From the NCBI GenBank assembly GCA_963843845.1, contig CAWJMB010000002.1, forward strand, positions 288,001 through 352,000: DNA of 64,000 bases, written 5' to 3'. The notes beneath the pieces were generated by a model. That model was not told the origin of the DNA. It did no database searches and saw nothing but the letters and a program-made list of their open reading frames with translations. Positions 11,434-22,094 of the stretch are shown here, in pieces. Origin of the DNA: an uncultured Gemmatimonadaceae bacterium (lineage in GTDB: Bacteria > Gemmatimonadota > Gemmatimonadetes > Gemmatimonadales > Gemmatimonadaceae). Every line of letters starts with the position of its first letter. Within the stretch, counting starts at the first letter, position 1. Both the position numbers and the translations under genes were made by a program.

Positions 11434-12636
11434 GTGAGCATCGACCCCGGCGCCGCCACGCCGCTCTACCAGCAGGTCGCCGCCGACATCCGTCGGAAGA
11501 TCGTCGCCGGAGAGATGCCGGTCGGAACCCAGCTGCAGCCTCACCGCGAGCTGGCGGCGACCTACGACGTGTCGATCATCACGATCAACAAGGCGCTCTC
11601 CGGCCTCGTCGCCGAGGGCGTGCTGTACAGCCGAGTCGGGCGGGGGACCTTCGTCGCGGTGCGGCCGGCGCCGACCCCCGCCGCGTTCGGCGACTCGGCA
11701 GCGCTGCCGCTGCTCGGCTTCGTGCTGCGCGACCTGAGCAGTCCCTACTTCTCGCTCGTCGCGCACGCGGCCCAGCAGCGCGCGGATGCGGCCGGCTACG
11801 GGCTGCTCTTCACCTCGAGCTCGAACCGGATCGACCGCGAAGAGGAGCAGCTTCGCCGCTTCCAGGAGCTCGGCGTTCAGGGGCTGCTCATCGTCTCCAT
11901 GAGCCGCACCTACCGGCTGAGCGAGTCGATCCAGGCGCTGCACGACAGCGGGTTTCCCTACGTGATGGTGTCGTTCACCGAAGGGGACGACGTCCCGTTC
12001 GTCGGAACCGACCTGGCGCACGCCGGGGAGCTCGCGGTCGAGCATCTCGCGTCGCAGGGACGCAAGCGGATCGGCTACATCTGCGACCGCTTCGGCAGCG
12101 CCGCCGGCGCGCTCCGTGGGCTCGGCTATCACCGCGCGATGGCGCGGCACGGGCTCGCCGTGGACCCGTCGTTCCAGTTCCAGTATCCGCTCGAAGGCGA
12201 GTGGAACGACTACGAGTCGGCCTACGCGATCGGCGAGCACATCGCCGGTCTCACACGCCGCCCCGACGCGATGTTCGCGTTCAACGACCTCGGCGCGCTC
12301 GGCTTCACGGACGCGCTGATGAACCACGGCGTCCGCGTGCCCGACGACATCGCCGTCATCGGCATCGACGACATCGAGCTGGCGGCGCGGGGGCGGGTGC
12401 CCTTGACGACCGTACGGCAGCCTGCCGACCGCATCGGCGCGCACGCCGTCGAGATGCTGCTCGCCCGCCTCCGCGGCGAGCAGCCGGCGCCGAGGCACCT
12501 GTTCACGCCGGAGCTGGTCGTGCGGCGGTCGTGCGGCGCCATCGCTGCGCCGTCCGACGCGCGCGCCGTTCCGACGCCCGTTCCCAGCGTGCGCGCCGCG
12601 GCTCGCCGTGCGCTCGCCGCGGACCGAGCGCGGTAG
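11434..12636 (+). CDS. GntR-HTH / LacI-type sugar-binding transcriptional regulator (AraR-like)
   Basis: N-terminal PLYQQV...LQPHRELAATYDVSIITINKAL...GRGTFV; C-terminal FAFND..A, VPDDIAVIGIDD, LTTVRQP. Confidence 0.9.
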   Translation: MSIDPGAATPLYQQVAADIRRKIVAGEMPVGTQLQPHRELAATYDVSIITINKALSGLVAEGVLYSRVGRGTFVAVRPAPTPAAFGDSAALPLLGFVLRDLSSPYFSLVAHAAQQRADAAGYGLLFTSSSNRIDREEEQLRRFQELGVQGLLIVSMSRTYRLSESIQALHDSGFPYVMVSFTEGDDVPFVGTDLAHAGELAVEHLASQGRKRIGYICDRFGSAAGALRGLGYHRAMARHGLAVDPSFQFQYPLEGEWNDYESAYAIGEHIAGLTRRPDAMFAFNDLGALGFTDALMNHGVRVPDDIAVIGIDDIELAARGRVPLTTVRQPADRIGAHAVEMLLARLRGEQPAPRHLFTPELVVRRSCGAIAAPSDARAVPTPVPSVRAAARRALAADRAR

Positions 12637-12715
12637 ACGCCGGTGCGCTCCCTCCCGTCCCGCGTGCAGGCAGGGACCTCGCCGTTCGACCCGCCGCACC
12701 ACCCCGCACCACCGC

Positions 12716-12740
12716 GATTCCTCGCTCCGCTCGGCATGAC
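12716..12740. repeat. REP-like element half (GATTCCTCGCTCCGCTCGGCATGAC)
   Basis: Near reverse complement of GTCATCCCGAGCGCAGCGAGGG at 29965-29986; both copies are intergenic. Confidence 0.55.
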
Positions 12741-12785
12741 GAGCGGGGCTCGTACATCCCGCACCAGCCTCCCCGGAGAGTCCCG

Positions 12786-15700
12786 ATGAAGTGGGCGAAA
12801 GGCCTCAGCATGTTCGCCGTGCTGGCGATTCCCGTCACGCTGACGCGGCCGGTCGCCGCGTACGCGGCCGGCGCCGGCACCCGCAGCGCGCAGCCGGCGG
12901 CCGGCCGCGTGACCGGCACCGTCGTCGACGCGGCATCCGGCGCACCGGTCCCGAACGTCAGTGTCGTCGTCGTCGGCCGCTCCGGCGTCGGCGCCGTGAC
13001 CGACGCCGAAGGGCGGTTCACGATCCGCAATCTGCGCGACGGCGCGCTGCAGGTGCGCGCGCAGCGCATCGGCTTCGCCCCGACGACGCTGAACGCGACC
13101 GTGGTGAACGGCTCGACCGAGACGCTGACCTTCCGGCTCGGCGCGCAGGCGGTGCAGCTCGCCGACGTCGTGAGCGTCGGCTACGGCACGCAGAACCGGC
13201 GCGAGGTCGCGGGCGCGGTGACGACGGTGACGACCGAGGCGCTCGAGAAGGCGCCGGTCGCGTCGATCGACCAGATCCTCCAGGGCACGGCGCCGGGCGT
13301 GCAGGTGACGACGGCGTCGAGCGCGCCCGGCGGCGCGCTGTCGATCCGCATCCGCGGCATGTCGTCGCTCACCGGCAACGGCGAGCCGCTCTACGTCATC
13401 GACGGCTTCCCCATCGAGAACGACATCGAAGGGTCGTCGGCCGGGACCGGCGGTCGCGACCGCACGACGCCGGCGAACCCGCTCGTCACCCTGAACCCGA
13501 GCGACGTCGAGTCGATCTCGATCCTCAAGGACGCCAGCTCGACCGCGATCTACGGCGCGCGCGGCGCGAACGGCGTCGTCATCATCACGACGAAGCAGGG
13601 GCGCGGCCTCAAGCCGAACTTCACGCTCGACTACTACACCGGCGCGTCGAACGTCACGAAGAAGTACGACCTGCTCGACGCCGCCGGCTACATCGACTAC
13701 GCGAACGCGTTCGGCCAGGCGTCGAGCACCGCGTTCACGCCGTTCCCGGACAGCGTGAAGACGCGCCTCCTCGCCTCGGGGGTGAACACCGACTGGCAGG
13801 ACGAGGTGTTCCAGACCGGCGCCGCGCGCAACCTGCAGCTCGGCGTGCGCGGCGCGACGCAGGGCGCGAACGTCACGCGGTACAACGTCTCGGGCGGCTA
13901 CTTCGATCAGGAAGGGATCGTCGTCGGCTCGGGACTTCGTCGCTTCTCGGGACGATTGAACGTCGACCAGTCGATCGGCCAGCGCTTCGAGCTCGCGGGA
14001 ACGTTCACGGCGAGCCAGGCGCGCACGAAGTCGACGCCGACGAGCGGGCAGCAGAACTCGAACGCCGGCGCGGTCGCCGGGGCGATCCAGTACGTGCCGA
14101 TCATGCCGGTGTTCCGGCCGGACGGCAGCTACTCGTACATCCTCACCGACCTCAACGCGTACAACGCGCTGCTCGACGCGCCGCAGACGCCGAACCCGGT
14201 GTCGCTCGCGCGCGAGGTGCAGGACTCGCTGAGCGACACGCGACTGCTGGGCAACCTGTTCGCGCAGGCGAACATCTTCCGCGACCTGCGCGCGCGCGTG
14301 AGCTTCGGCGCCGACTACGCGGACCGCGGCCGCAACACCTACTACCCGCGGACGACGCTGCGCGGACAGCAGAACAACGGCGAGGCGATTCGCGCCGACG
14401 CGATCACGGCGTCGTGGGTGAACGAGAACACGCTGACGTACCAGCGGAAGTTCGACAACGCGCACGACCTCACGGTGCTGGGCGGCTACACACGCCAGCG
14501 CACCGACGTCGACCGCACGTCGATCTCGAACACGAACTTCGCGAACGACATCACCGGCTACTACGACATCGGCGCCGGCACGCGCGAGGGCGGCCCGGGC
14601 GTCACCTCCGGCCGCACGACGCAGACGCTCGAGTCGTGGCTCGGCCGCGTCAACTACGTGCTGCTCGGCCGCTACATCGCCGCGTTCACGGTGCGCGAGG
14701 ACGGCTCGTCGCGCTTCGCGGAGAACAAGAAGCGCGGCGCGTTCCCGTCGGGCGCGCTCGCCTGGCGCATCTCCGACGAGCCGTTCTTCGGGCTGCGCCG
14801 CTACGTCGACGACCTCAAGCTGCGCGTCTCGTACGGCATCGCCGGCAACCCGTCGATCCGGCCCTATCAGTCGCTCGCCCGCCTCGAGAACCAGGGGTAC
14901 AGCTTCGGCGGCACGCCGACCGCCGGCTACTACCCGGTGAGCATCTCGAACCCGAACCTCACCTGGGAGACGACGCGGCAGGCCGACGTCGGCATCGACC
15001 TCGGGCTGTTCGAGCGCGTGACGCTCGTCGCGGACTACTACGCGAAGCGCACGAACGACCTGCTGCTGAACATCAACCTGCCGTCGGAGACCGGGTTCCA
15101 GAGCGCGCTCGCGAACCGCGGGAGCGTCGACAACAAGGGCTTCGAGCTCGGGCTCGACATGCAGCTCGTCACGTCGAAGGCGAAGAACGGCTTCACGTGG
15201 CGCTCGAACGTCAACTACGCCTCGAACCGCAACCGCGTCGTCAGCCTCGGCGGCGTGGCGCGCATCGACGCGACGCTCATCACGACCGACTACAACCTGC
15301 CGGGCACGTTCATCGAAGTCGGCAAGCCGGTCGGCCGCTTCTTCGGCTTCAAGAACCTCGGCATCATCCGCGACTCGGCGCAGGCGGCGGCGATCACGTA
15401 CCGCAACTTCAACGGCTCGCGGTTCACGCCGGGGTCGATGCTCGTCGCGAACCTCGACGGCGACACGCTCATCACGCTGAACGACCGCACGGACATCGGC
15501 GACCCGACGCCGACGTTCACGCTGGGCACCACGAACACGTTCTCGTTCCGCGGCGTCTCGCTCACCAGCCTGCTCCAGGGCTCGTACGGCGGCAAGATCC
15601 TGAACGTGAACCGCATCCGCACCGAGAGCTCGCCGCGCGTCAACGTTCTCGCGGACCGCTTCTACGACGCGTGGACGCCGACGAACCCCGACGGGAAGTA

Positions 15701-16013
15701 CGCGAAGATCGGCGAGAACCCGAACCAGGTCGGCACGAACAACTTCACCGACAACCTGCTCGAGGACGGCTCGTATCTGCGGCTTCGCACGGTCACGCTC
15801 TCGTACGGCCTGCCGCAGCGACTGATCCGCCGCGGCAACTTCCAGAATGCGAGCGTCTACGTGACCGGCGCGAACCTGTTCACGATCTCCGACTACTCGG
15901 GCTTCGACCCGGACGTGAGTGGCCAGTCGGTCGGCAGCACCAACCGCGGCATCGACATCGGCGCCTATCCGCTCGCCCGCACGATCACGTTCGGTCTGAG
16001 CCTCAACTACTGA
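12786..16013 (+). CDS. susC: SusC/RagA TonB-linked outer membrane transporter
   Basis: GGAGAG RBS; carboxypeptidase-regulatory-like N-domain; EPLYVIDG, ISILKDASSTAIYGARGANGVVIITTK, LTWETT, EDGSYLRL, YPLARTITFGLSLNY. Confidence 0.95.
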   Translation: MKWAKGLSMFAVLAIPVTLTRPVAAYAAGAGTRSAQPAAGRVTGTVVDAASGAPVPNVSVVVVGRSGVGAVTDAEGRFTIRNLRDGALQVRAQRIGFAPTTLNATVVNGSTETLTFRLGAQAVQLADVVSVGYGTQNRREVAGAVTTVTTEALEKAPVASIDQILQGTAPGVQVTTASSAPGGALSIRIRGMSSLTGNGEPLYVIDGFPIENDIEGSSAGTGGRDRTTPANPLVTLNPSDVESISILKDASSTAIYGARGANGVVIITTKQGRGLKPNFTLDYYTGASNVTKKYDLLDAAGYIDYANAFGQASSTAFTPFPDSVKTRLLASGVNTDWQDEVFQTGAARNLQLGVRGATQGANVTRYNVSGGYFDQEGIVVGSGLRRFSGRLNVDQSIGQRFELAGTFTASQARTKSTPTSGQQNSNAGAVAGAIQYVPIMPVFRPDGSYSYILTDLNAYNALLDAPQTPNPVSLAREVQDSLSDTRLLGNLFAQANIFRDLRARVSFGADYADRGRNTYYPRTTLRGQQNNGEAIRADAITASWVNENTLTYQRKFDNAHDLTVLGGYTRQRTDVDRTSISNTNFANDITGYYDIGAGTREGGPGVTSGRTTQTLESWLGRVNYVLLGRYIAAFTVREDGSSRFAENKKRGAFPSGALAWRISDEPFFGLRRYVDDLKLRVSYGIAGNPSIRPYQSLARLENQGYSFGGTPTAGYYPVSISNPNLTWETTRQADVGIDLGLFERVTLVADYYAKRTNDLLLNINLPSETGFQSALANRGSVDNKGFELGLDMQLVTSKAKNGFTWRSNVNYASNRNRVVSLGGVARIDATLITTDYNLPGTFIEVGKPVGRFFGFKNLGIIRDSAQAAAITYRNFNGSRFTPGSMLVANLDGDTLITLNDRTDIGDPTPTFTLGTTNTFSFRGVSLTSLLQGSYGGKILNVNRIRTESSPRVNVLADRFYDAWTPTNPDGKYAKIGENPNQVGTNNFTDNLLEDGSYLRLRTVTLSYGLPQRLIRRGNFQNASVYVTGANLFTISDYSGFDPDVSGQSVGSTNRGIDIGAYPLARTITFGLSLNY

Positions 16014-16027
16014 CCACCGCCACTTCG

Positions 16028-17686
16028 ATGAAGACGACTTTCCGATTCGTCGCGACGCGCGGCGCGACATGGCGCGGCGCGACATGGCGCGGCGCGATCA
16101 CGGCGGCGCTGCTTCCGCTCGTGGCGGGGCTCTCCGCCTGCGACGACGATTTCCTGACCGAGAAGCCGAGCGACTTCGTGTCGCCGGTGAACTTCTATCA
16201 GAACTCCGCGGACGCGGTCGCCGCGGTGAACGCCGCCTACGCGACGTTCGTGACCGTGCCGGGGATCGGCAACGACTCGTACCTCGGCCGCAACTTCGAG
16301 ATGCTCGTCGAGTATCCGACCGAGGTGACGACGAGCCGACTGAGCGCCGCGAACGAGCGCTCGATGATCGGCAACTTCCACCCGCAGTTCACGTCGGTGC
16401 ACCCGTACCTGCAAGGGGTGTGGCAGGCGGCATACGCCGGCATCAACCGCGCGAACGCGGTGATCGAGCGCGTGCCGGGGATCACGATGGACGAGACGCG
16501 CAAGGCGCAGATCGTCGGCGAGGCGAAGTTCCTCCGCGCGCTGCACTACTACTGGCTCGCCGGCCTGTTCGGCGGCGTGCCGATCAAGCTCACCGAGACG
16601 CAGGGGATCGAGGAAGCGCCCGTTCCGCGCTCGACGGTCGAGCAGACGTGGGCACAGGTCGCGAAGGATCTGACCGAGGCGGCGGCGGCGCTGCCGAACG
16701 CGTGGGGCGGCTCCGACTTCGGCCGCGCGACGAAGGGCGCCGCACTCGCGCTGCTGGGCAAGGCGTACTTGCAGAGCGCGGCGACGGTGCCGTCGCTCGC
16801 CGCGAACGCTCAGCGCGCGGTCGACACGTTCAGGCAGGTCACGGCGATCGGCGGCTACTCGCTCGACGCGAACTATGCCTCGCTGTTCGACGGCACGAAC
16901 GAGCGGAGCCCCGAGGTCGTCTGGTCGATCCAGAACGTGCGCGTCGCGGGGTACGGCGGGCGGCTCACGCAGTGGTTCGTGCCGCTCCCGACGAGCGCGA
17001 TCTTCTCGAGTCAGCAGAACCAGTTCCAGGCGGAGCGCCCGTTCTACGACTCGTACAACGCGGCCGACATCCGGAAGGCCGGCACGTGGCTCACGAGCTA
17101 CACCAAGCCGAACGGCTCGACGGTGACGTGGACGTGGACGACGACGACGATCACGACCGCGGCGAACTACGGCTCGACGGGCCCGTCGCCGCGCAAGTAC
17201 GTCGACACCGGCGCACCGCAGGGTGGGGCGGAGGGGATCGACTATCTCGTGCTGCGCTACGCCGACGTCCTGCTGTCGCAGGCCGAGGCGCAGAACGAAG
17301 TCACGGGACCGACCGCGGAGGCCTACGCGCTCGTGAACCAGGTGCGCGCCCGCGCCCGCGTGCCGAACCTCACGGCGGGGCTGTCGAAGCAGGCGTTCAA
17401 GGACAGCCTGTACGTCGAGCGGCGCTACGAGTTCGCGATGGAGCTGAACGGCGTGTTCGACATGCGCCGCGACTGGGCGTTCGCGAAGAGCCGCGTCGAG
17501 GCGAACCTCGCGCAGGCGACGACGCTGAACCGCAGCCCCTTCACGAGCAGCGTCGAGAAGCCCGCCTCGACGACCGCGCTCCGCATCGACGACAAGTGGC
17601 AGCTCTATCCGATCCCGGCGCGCATGTGCGAGCTGAATCCGACGCTGACGCAGAATCCCGGGTGGGCGGACGGGATCTGCAAGTGA
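16028..17686 (+). CDS. susD: RagB/SusD nutrient-binding lipoprotein
   Basis: Lipobox LSAC-DDDFL; YAGINRAN, GEAKFLRALHYY, GRATKGAA, RYADVLL, ERRYEFAME, LYPIP, QNPGW. Confidence 0.93.
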   Translation: MKTTFRFVATRGATWRGATWRGAITAALLPLVAGLSACDDDFLTEKPSDFVSPVNFYQNSADAVAAVNAAYATFVTVPGIGNDSYLGRNFEMLVEYPTEVTTSRLSAANERSMIGNFHPQFTSVHPYLQGVWQAAYAGINRANAVIERVPGITMDETRKAQIVGEAKFLRALHYYWLAGLFGGVPIKLTETQGIEEAPVPRSTVEQTWAQVAKDLTEAAAALPNAWGGSDFGRATKGAALALLGKAYLQSAATVPSLAANAQRAVDTFRQVTAIGGYSLDANYASLFDGTNERSPEVVWSIQNVRVAGYGGRLTQWFVPLPTSAIFSSQQNQFQAERPFYDSYNAADIRKAGTWLTSYTKPNGSTVTWTWTTTTITTAANYGSTGPSPRKYVDTGAPQGGAEGIDYLVLRYADVLLSQAEAQNEVTGPTAEAYALVNQVRARARVPNLTAGLSKQAFKDSLYVERRYEFAMELNGVFDMRRDWAFAKSRVEANLAQATTLNRSPFTSSVEKPASTTALRIDDKWQLYPIPARMCELNPTLTQNPGWADGICK

Positions 17687-17768
17687 TTTCGTGACGGGAG
17701 GAACGGAAGGGACGGGCGAGCCGCACAGCGATGCGCTCCGCCCGTCCCTTCCGTTCCTCCTGTCGAAA
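17687..17768. repeat. Palindromic intergenic element, family A copy 1
   Basis: About 30-bp arms GACGGGAGGAACGGAAGGGACGGGCG / CGCCCGTCCCTTCCGTTCCTCCTGTC. Confidence 0.8.
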
Positions 17769-17785
17769 CGACCAGCCGACAGATC

Positions 17786-18994
17786 ATGAACTATTCACGA
17801 GTCATCGCGTCGCTCGCAGTCATCGTGGCGCTGCCCGACGTCGCGCGTGCCCAGGTCACCTACCGCCCCGAGATCCTCGCCGAGTCGAAGGCGCGGGTGA
17901 AGGCGGGGGACGCGGCGCTGAAGCCGGCGTACGACCGCCTGCTCAAGGACGCCGAGAAGGCGCTCAAGGCGCCGATCGCCGTCGTCACGGACAAGCGCAC
18001 GCTCCTCGCGCCGACGAACGACCCGCACGACTACTTCAGTCTCAGCCCGTACTGGTGGCCCGACCCGAGCAAGCCGGACGGGCTGCCGTACATCCGTCGC
18101 GACGGCGAGACGAACCCGGAGAGCAAGCGCGACCTCGACCAGCCGCGCGTCGCGGCGATGGGCGGGAACGCGTACACGCTCGCGCTCGCGTACTACTTCA
18201 GCGGCGACGAGCGATACGCCGCGCGCGCGGCCGAGCAGCTGCGCGCGTGGTTCCTCACGCCGGCGACGCGGATGAACCCGCACCTGCGCTTCTCGCAGAA
18301 CGTGCGCGGGAATCCGGCCGAGCGCGGAAGCGGGATCATCGACACGCGCTGGTTCGTCGAAGCGACTGACGCCGCGCGACTGCTGCGGGGGTCCAAGGGC
18401 TGGACGGCCGCCGACCAGCAGGGGCTGCAGGACTGGATGCGCCAGTATCTGACCTGGCTGTGGACGAGCACGAACGGTCAGACCGAGCACGCGGCGAAGA
18501 ACAACCACGGCTCGTGGTACGCAGCGCAGGCGGGGGCGATCGCGATGTTCGTCGGCGACACGGCGATCGCGCGGCAGCTCGTGAACGAGGCGAAGCCGCG
18601 CATCGGCTGGCAGATCACGCCGAAGGGCGAGCAGCCGATCGAGCTCGAGCGGACGCGGTCGTACCACTACGCCGGATTCAACGTCGAGGCGCTGTCGCGG
18701 GTCGCGCAGATCGGCACATCGTTAGGCGTCGACCTCTGGTCGTATCAGGCGCCCGAGGGAGGGAGTCTGCGCCGCGCGACCGACCACCTCGCGGCATACG
18801 CGCTCGATCCGAAGGCGTGGCCCGGCCAGCAGATCGACGACGTCGGCTCGGAGGTGCTGCTCGTCTCGTTCCGCCGCGGCGCCCGCGTGTGGGGCGGCGC
18901 TCCGTACGCGGCGACGATCGGCGGCCTCGACGGGTCGTCGACCGATCGCAGTGCGCTGCTCTACCCAGACCCGAAACTTCCCGTTCGCAAGTAG
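17786..18994 (+). CDS. Alginate_lyase-domain polysaccharide lyase, PL38-like (paralogue 1)
   Basis: Signal peptide; HDYFSLSPYWWP..PYIRRDG..NP, TRMNPHL, GIIDT, NNHGSWY, RTRSYHYAGFN. Confidence 0.85.
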   Translation: MNYSRVIASLAVIVALPDVARAQVTYRPEILAESKARVKAGDAALKPAYDRLLKDAEKALKAPIAVVTDKRTLLAPTNDPHDYFSLSPYWWPDPSKPDGLPYIRRDGETNPESKRDLDQPRVAAMGGNAYTLALAYYFSGDERYAARAAEQLRAWFLTPATRMNPHLRFSQNVRGNPAERGSGIIDTRWFVEATDAARLLRGSKGWTAADQQGLQDWMRQYLTWLWTSTNGQTEHAAKNNHGSWYAAQAGAIAMFVGDTAIARQLVNEAKPRIGWQITPKGEQPIELERTRSYHYAGFNVEALSRVAQIGTSLGVDLWSYQAPEGGSLRRATDHLAAYALDPKAWPGQQIDDVGSEVLLVSFRRGARVWGGAPYAATIGGLDGSSTDRSALLYPDPKLPVRK

Positions 18995-21232
18995 ATGCCC
19001 ATGCTTCGCCGTCTCACGCTCGCCGCGGCCGCCGCCGCCGCCGCCGCCGCGGCCGCCGCAGTCACCGTCATCGCGGCGCCGGCCGCGCAGGCCCAGCGCC
19101 CGCACCCGAGCATCTTCCTCACGAAGCAGGAGGCGCTCGACATCCGCGCGGCGCAGGGGAAGTATCCGCTGCTCGATCGCTCGCTCGCCGCGGCCCGCCA
19201 GCAGATGACGGCCGCGTTCGCGCGCCCGATCGAGACGCCGCCGCCAGGCGAGGCGGGGGGCTACGCACACGAGCGGCACAAGCAGAACTACCGCGACATG
19301 CAGACGGCCGGGACGCTCTGGCAGATCACGGGCGACGCGCGCTACGCGCGATTCGTGCGCGACATGCTCGAGCAGTACGCCGTGCAGTACCCGACGTTGG
19401 GCGCCCACCCGCTGAACAAGAACCAGTCGGCCGGAAAGCTCTTTCACCAGGCGCTGAACGAGGCGAACTGGCTCGTCGCGACGAGCATCGCGTACGACTG
19501 CGTCTACGACTTCCTCTCCGCGGCGCAGCGCGCGCGCTACGAGGCGAACGTCCTGCGCCCGATGGCCGAGTGGCTGTCGAGCCAACATCCCGACGAGTTC
19601 GATCGCATCCACAACCACGGCACGTGGGCGACCGCGTCGGTCGCGATGCTCGGCTACGTCATCGGCGACACGTCGTACGTGAACCGCGCGCTCTACGGCA
19701 CGAAGCGCGACGGCGAGGGCGGCTTCGTGCGGCAGCTCGACCTGCTGTTCTCGCCCGACGGCTACTACATGGAAGGGCCGTACTACATCCGGTACGCGCT
19801 CATGCCCTTCTTCCACTTCGCCGAAGCGGTGCAGCGCGCGCAGCCGTCGGTGGCGCTGTACGCGTACCGAGACAGCATCCTCAAGAAGGCGCTGTACTCC
19901 GCGGTCCAGACGGCGTACCCGAACGGCGTGTTCCCGCCGATCAACGACGCGTCGCGCACGATGTCGATCGTGTCGCCCGAGGTCGTGCTCGCGGTGGACC
20001 TCGCGTACGCGCGCTACGGAGCGAACGCGAATCTGTTGGGCGCCGCGGCGATCCAGAACGCGGTGATCCTGAACGGCGCGGGGCTGAAGGTGGCGCGCGC
20101 CGTCGCGGCGCGGGCGACGCCCCCGGTCATGAGCTTCGGCTCCATCGAGTTCACCGACGGCTCCGACGGGCAGCGCGGGGGGCTCGGCATCCTGCGGAGC
20201 GGCACGGGGCAGAGCGCCTCGATGCTGCTCATGAAGTACGGCGTGCACGGCCAGGGGCACGGCCACTTCGACAAGCTGCACTTCACGTTCTTCGACGGCG
20301 GGCGCGAGGTCATCCCCGACTACGGCTTCTCGCGGTGGATCAACATCGAGCCGAAGTTCGGCGGGCGCTATCTGCCCGAGAACGACACGTACGCGATGCA
20401 GACGATCGCACACAACACGGTCGTCGTGGACAGGACGACGCAGAACGAGGGGAACGAGCGCGCCGACGAGGCGGTGTGGCCCGCGCGCCACTTCTTCGAC
20501 ACGTCGAATCCCGCCGCGCAGGCGATGAGCGCGACGACCGACAAGGTCTACCCCGGCGTGGCGATGCAGCGCACGATGCTGCTGCTGCGCGACGCGCGGC
20601 TGCCCCACCCGGTCGTCGTCGACCTCTACCGCATCGCGAGCGGCGCGCGGCACACGTACGACTATCCGATCCACTTCCGCGGCCAGCTCGTCTCGGCGAG
20701 CCCGGCGTACCAGGCGTCGACGACCGAGCGGCGAGCGTTAGGCACGAGCGACGGCTACGAGCATCTGTGGGGCGAGGCGTCGACGCGCACCGACAGCACC
20801 GTGCGGCTCACCTGGGTCGACGGCGACCGGTACTACTCGACGACGACGGCGGCCGCGCCGAACACCGAGGTGCTGTTCGCCCGCACCGGCGCCGGCGATC
20901 CGAACTTCAACCTCATCGTCGAGCCGATGATGATCGTCCGGCGGACGGCCGGCGACGCGCTGTTCGCGTCGGTCATCGAGCCGCACGGCTACTGGAACGA
21001 GATGGAAGAGCGGTCGGCCGACGCGCGCAGCGCGGTGCGGAGCGTGCGCGTGTTGGGCACGAGCGCGGAAGGGAGCGTCGTCGAAGTGACGGCGACCGGC
21101 GGCGTGCGGTGGGTCGTGATGGTCACGAACGGGCCCGCGTCGGCGACCGCGCGACACTCGGTCACGTTCGGCGGGCAGACGTATGCGTGGACCGGCAATT
21201 TCGCGGTGAGTGGGATTCAGACTGGCCGCTGA
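18995..21232 (+). CDS. Oligoalginate lyase, PL17 family (heparinase II/III C-domain)
   Basis: GGYAHERHKQNY, LFHQALNE, IHNHGTW, FSPDGYYMEGPYY, GHGHFDKL, DYGFSRWINIEPKFGGRYLPEN, QTIAHNT. Confidence 0.9.
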   Translation: MPMLRRLTLAAAAAAAAAAAAAVTVIAAPAAQAQRPHPSIFLTKQEALDIRAAQGKYPLLDRSLAAARQQMTAAFARPIETPPPGEAGGYAHERHKQNYRDMQTAGTLWQITGDARYARFVRDMLEQYAVQYPTLGAHPLNKNQSAGKLFHQALNEANWLVATSIAYDCVYDFLSAAQRARYEANVLRPMAEWLSSQHPDEFDRIHNHGTWATASVAMLGYVIGDTSYVNRALYGTKRDGEGGFVRQLDLLFSPDGYYMEGPYYIRYALMPFFHFAEAVQRAQPSVALYAYRDSILKKALYSAVQTAYPNGVFPPINDASRTMSIVSPEVVLAVDLAYARYGANANLLGAAAIQNAVILNGAGLKVARAVAARATPPVMSFGSIEFTDGSDGQRGGLGILRSGTGQSASMLLMKYGVHGQGHGHFDKLHFTFFDGGREVIPDYGFSRWINIEPKFGGRYLPENDTYAMQTIAHNTVVVDRTTQNEGNERADEAVWPARHFFDTSNPAAQAMSATTDKVYPGVAMQRTMLLLRDARLPHPVVVDLYRIASGARHTYDYPIHFRGQLVSASPAYQASTTERRALGTSDGYEHLWGEASTRTDSTVRLTWVDGDRYYSTTTAAAPNTEVLFARTGAGDPNFNLIVEPMMIVRRTAGDALFASVIEPHGYWNEMEERSADARSAVRSVRVLGTSAEGSVVEVTATGGVRWVVMVTNGPASATARHSVTFGGQTYAWTGNFAVSGIQTGR

Positions 21233-21236
21233 GCAA

Positions 21237-21320
21237 TTTTTTTTGGACAGAAGGAACGGAAGGTACAGAAGACGAGCCTGTGCGCAGTTCTTCTGTGCCT
21301 CCTGTCCCTTCCGTCAAAAA
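21237..21320. repeat. Palindromic intergenic element, family A copy 2
   Basis: T-tract, GACAGAAGGAACGGAAGGTACAGAAGA ... TCTTCTGTGCCTCCTGTCCCTTCCGTC, A-tract. Confidence 0.75.
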
Positions 21321-21334
21321 CACACAGGAGAACA

Positions 21335-22093
21335 ATGCACGCTGATCTGAACGGAAAGGTCGCGATCGTCACCGGCGGCGGGCGCGACATCGGCGCCGCC
21401 GTCGTGCGCGCGCTGGCCGAGCGCGGCGCGGCGGTCGCGGTGAACTACGCGCACAGCGCGGAACAGGCGAACGCGCTCGTGCGGGAGCTGACGGCGGGCG
21501 GCGCGAAGGCGGTCGCCGTGCAGGCGGACCTGATGAAGACCGAGGACGCGGCGCGGCTCGTGCGCGAGACCCGCGCCGCGCTCGGCGACACGATCGACAT
21601 CCTCGTCAACAACGCCGGCGGCATCGTCGCGCGGCGCAAGCTCGACGAGATGGACGCCGCGTTCTGGGACGAAGTGTTCGCGCTCAACGTGCGCAGCACG
21701 TTCCTCGCGACGCAGGCCGCGCTGCCGCACTTCGCCGAGGGGGCAGCGGTCGTGAACCTGTCGTCGCTCGCGGCGCACGACGGCGGCGGCGGCGGCGCGA
21801 TCGCCTACGCGGCGGCCAAGGGCGCCGTGCTCACGATGACGCGCGGGATGGCGAAGGAGCTGGGCGCCCGCAAGATCCGCGTGAACTGTGTGTCGCCGGG
21901 GATGATCGCGACGACGTTCCACGACAAGCACACGCCGCCGGCGGCGCGCGAGGCGACGGCGGCGAAGACGTTGATGGGGCGACAGGGAGACGCGGCCGAC
22001 GTCGCGAACGCGGTGTGCTTCCTCGCCTCCGACCAGTCGGCGTACATCACCGGCGAGTCGATCGAGATCAACGGCGGCCTGTACTTCGTCTGA
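21335..22093 (+). CDS. SDR oxidoreductase, probable DEH (4-deoxy-L-erythro-5-hexoseulose uronate) reductase
   Basis: TGGGRDIG, NNAGG, GGGGGAIAYAAAKG, VSPGMIATTFH; sits between PL17 and kdgF. Confidence 0.8.
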   Translation: MHADLNGKVAIVTGGGRDIGAAVVRALAERGAAVAVNYAHSAEQANALVRELTAGGAKAVAVQADLMKTEDAARLVRETRAALGDTIDILVNNAGGIVARRKLDEMDAAFWDEVFALNVRSTFLATQAALPHFAEGAAVVNLSSLAAHDGGGGGAIAYAAAKGAVLTMTRGMAKELGARKIRVNCVSPGMIATTFHDKHTPPAAREATAAKTLMGRQGDAADVANAVCFLASDQSAYITGESIEINGGLYFV

Positions 22094-22094
22094 G

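Noticed and set aside
12791..16027. 1631-aa ORF implying a giant SusD
   Set aside because: The N-terminal part is an off-frame shadow of susC. SusD starts at ATG 16028 with a lipoprotein signal.
12222..16085. Long antisense and off-frame ORFs (also 18722-20674, 29941-31602, 44762-47044 and others)
   Set aside because: These are shadow ORFs typical of high-GC DNA: Arg/Ala/Pro-rich and overlapping well-supported genes.
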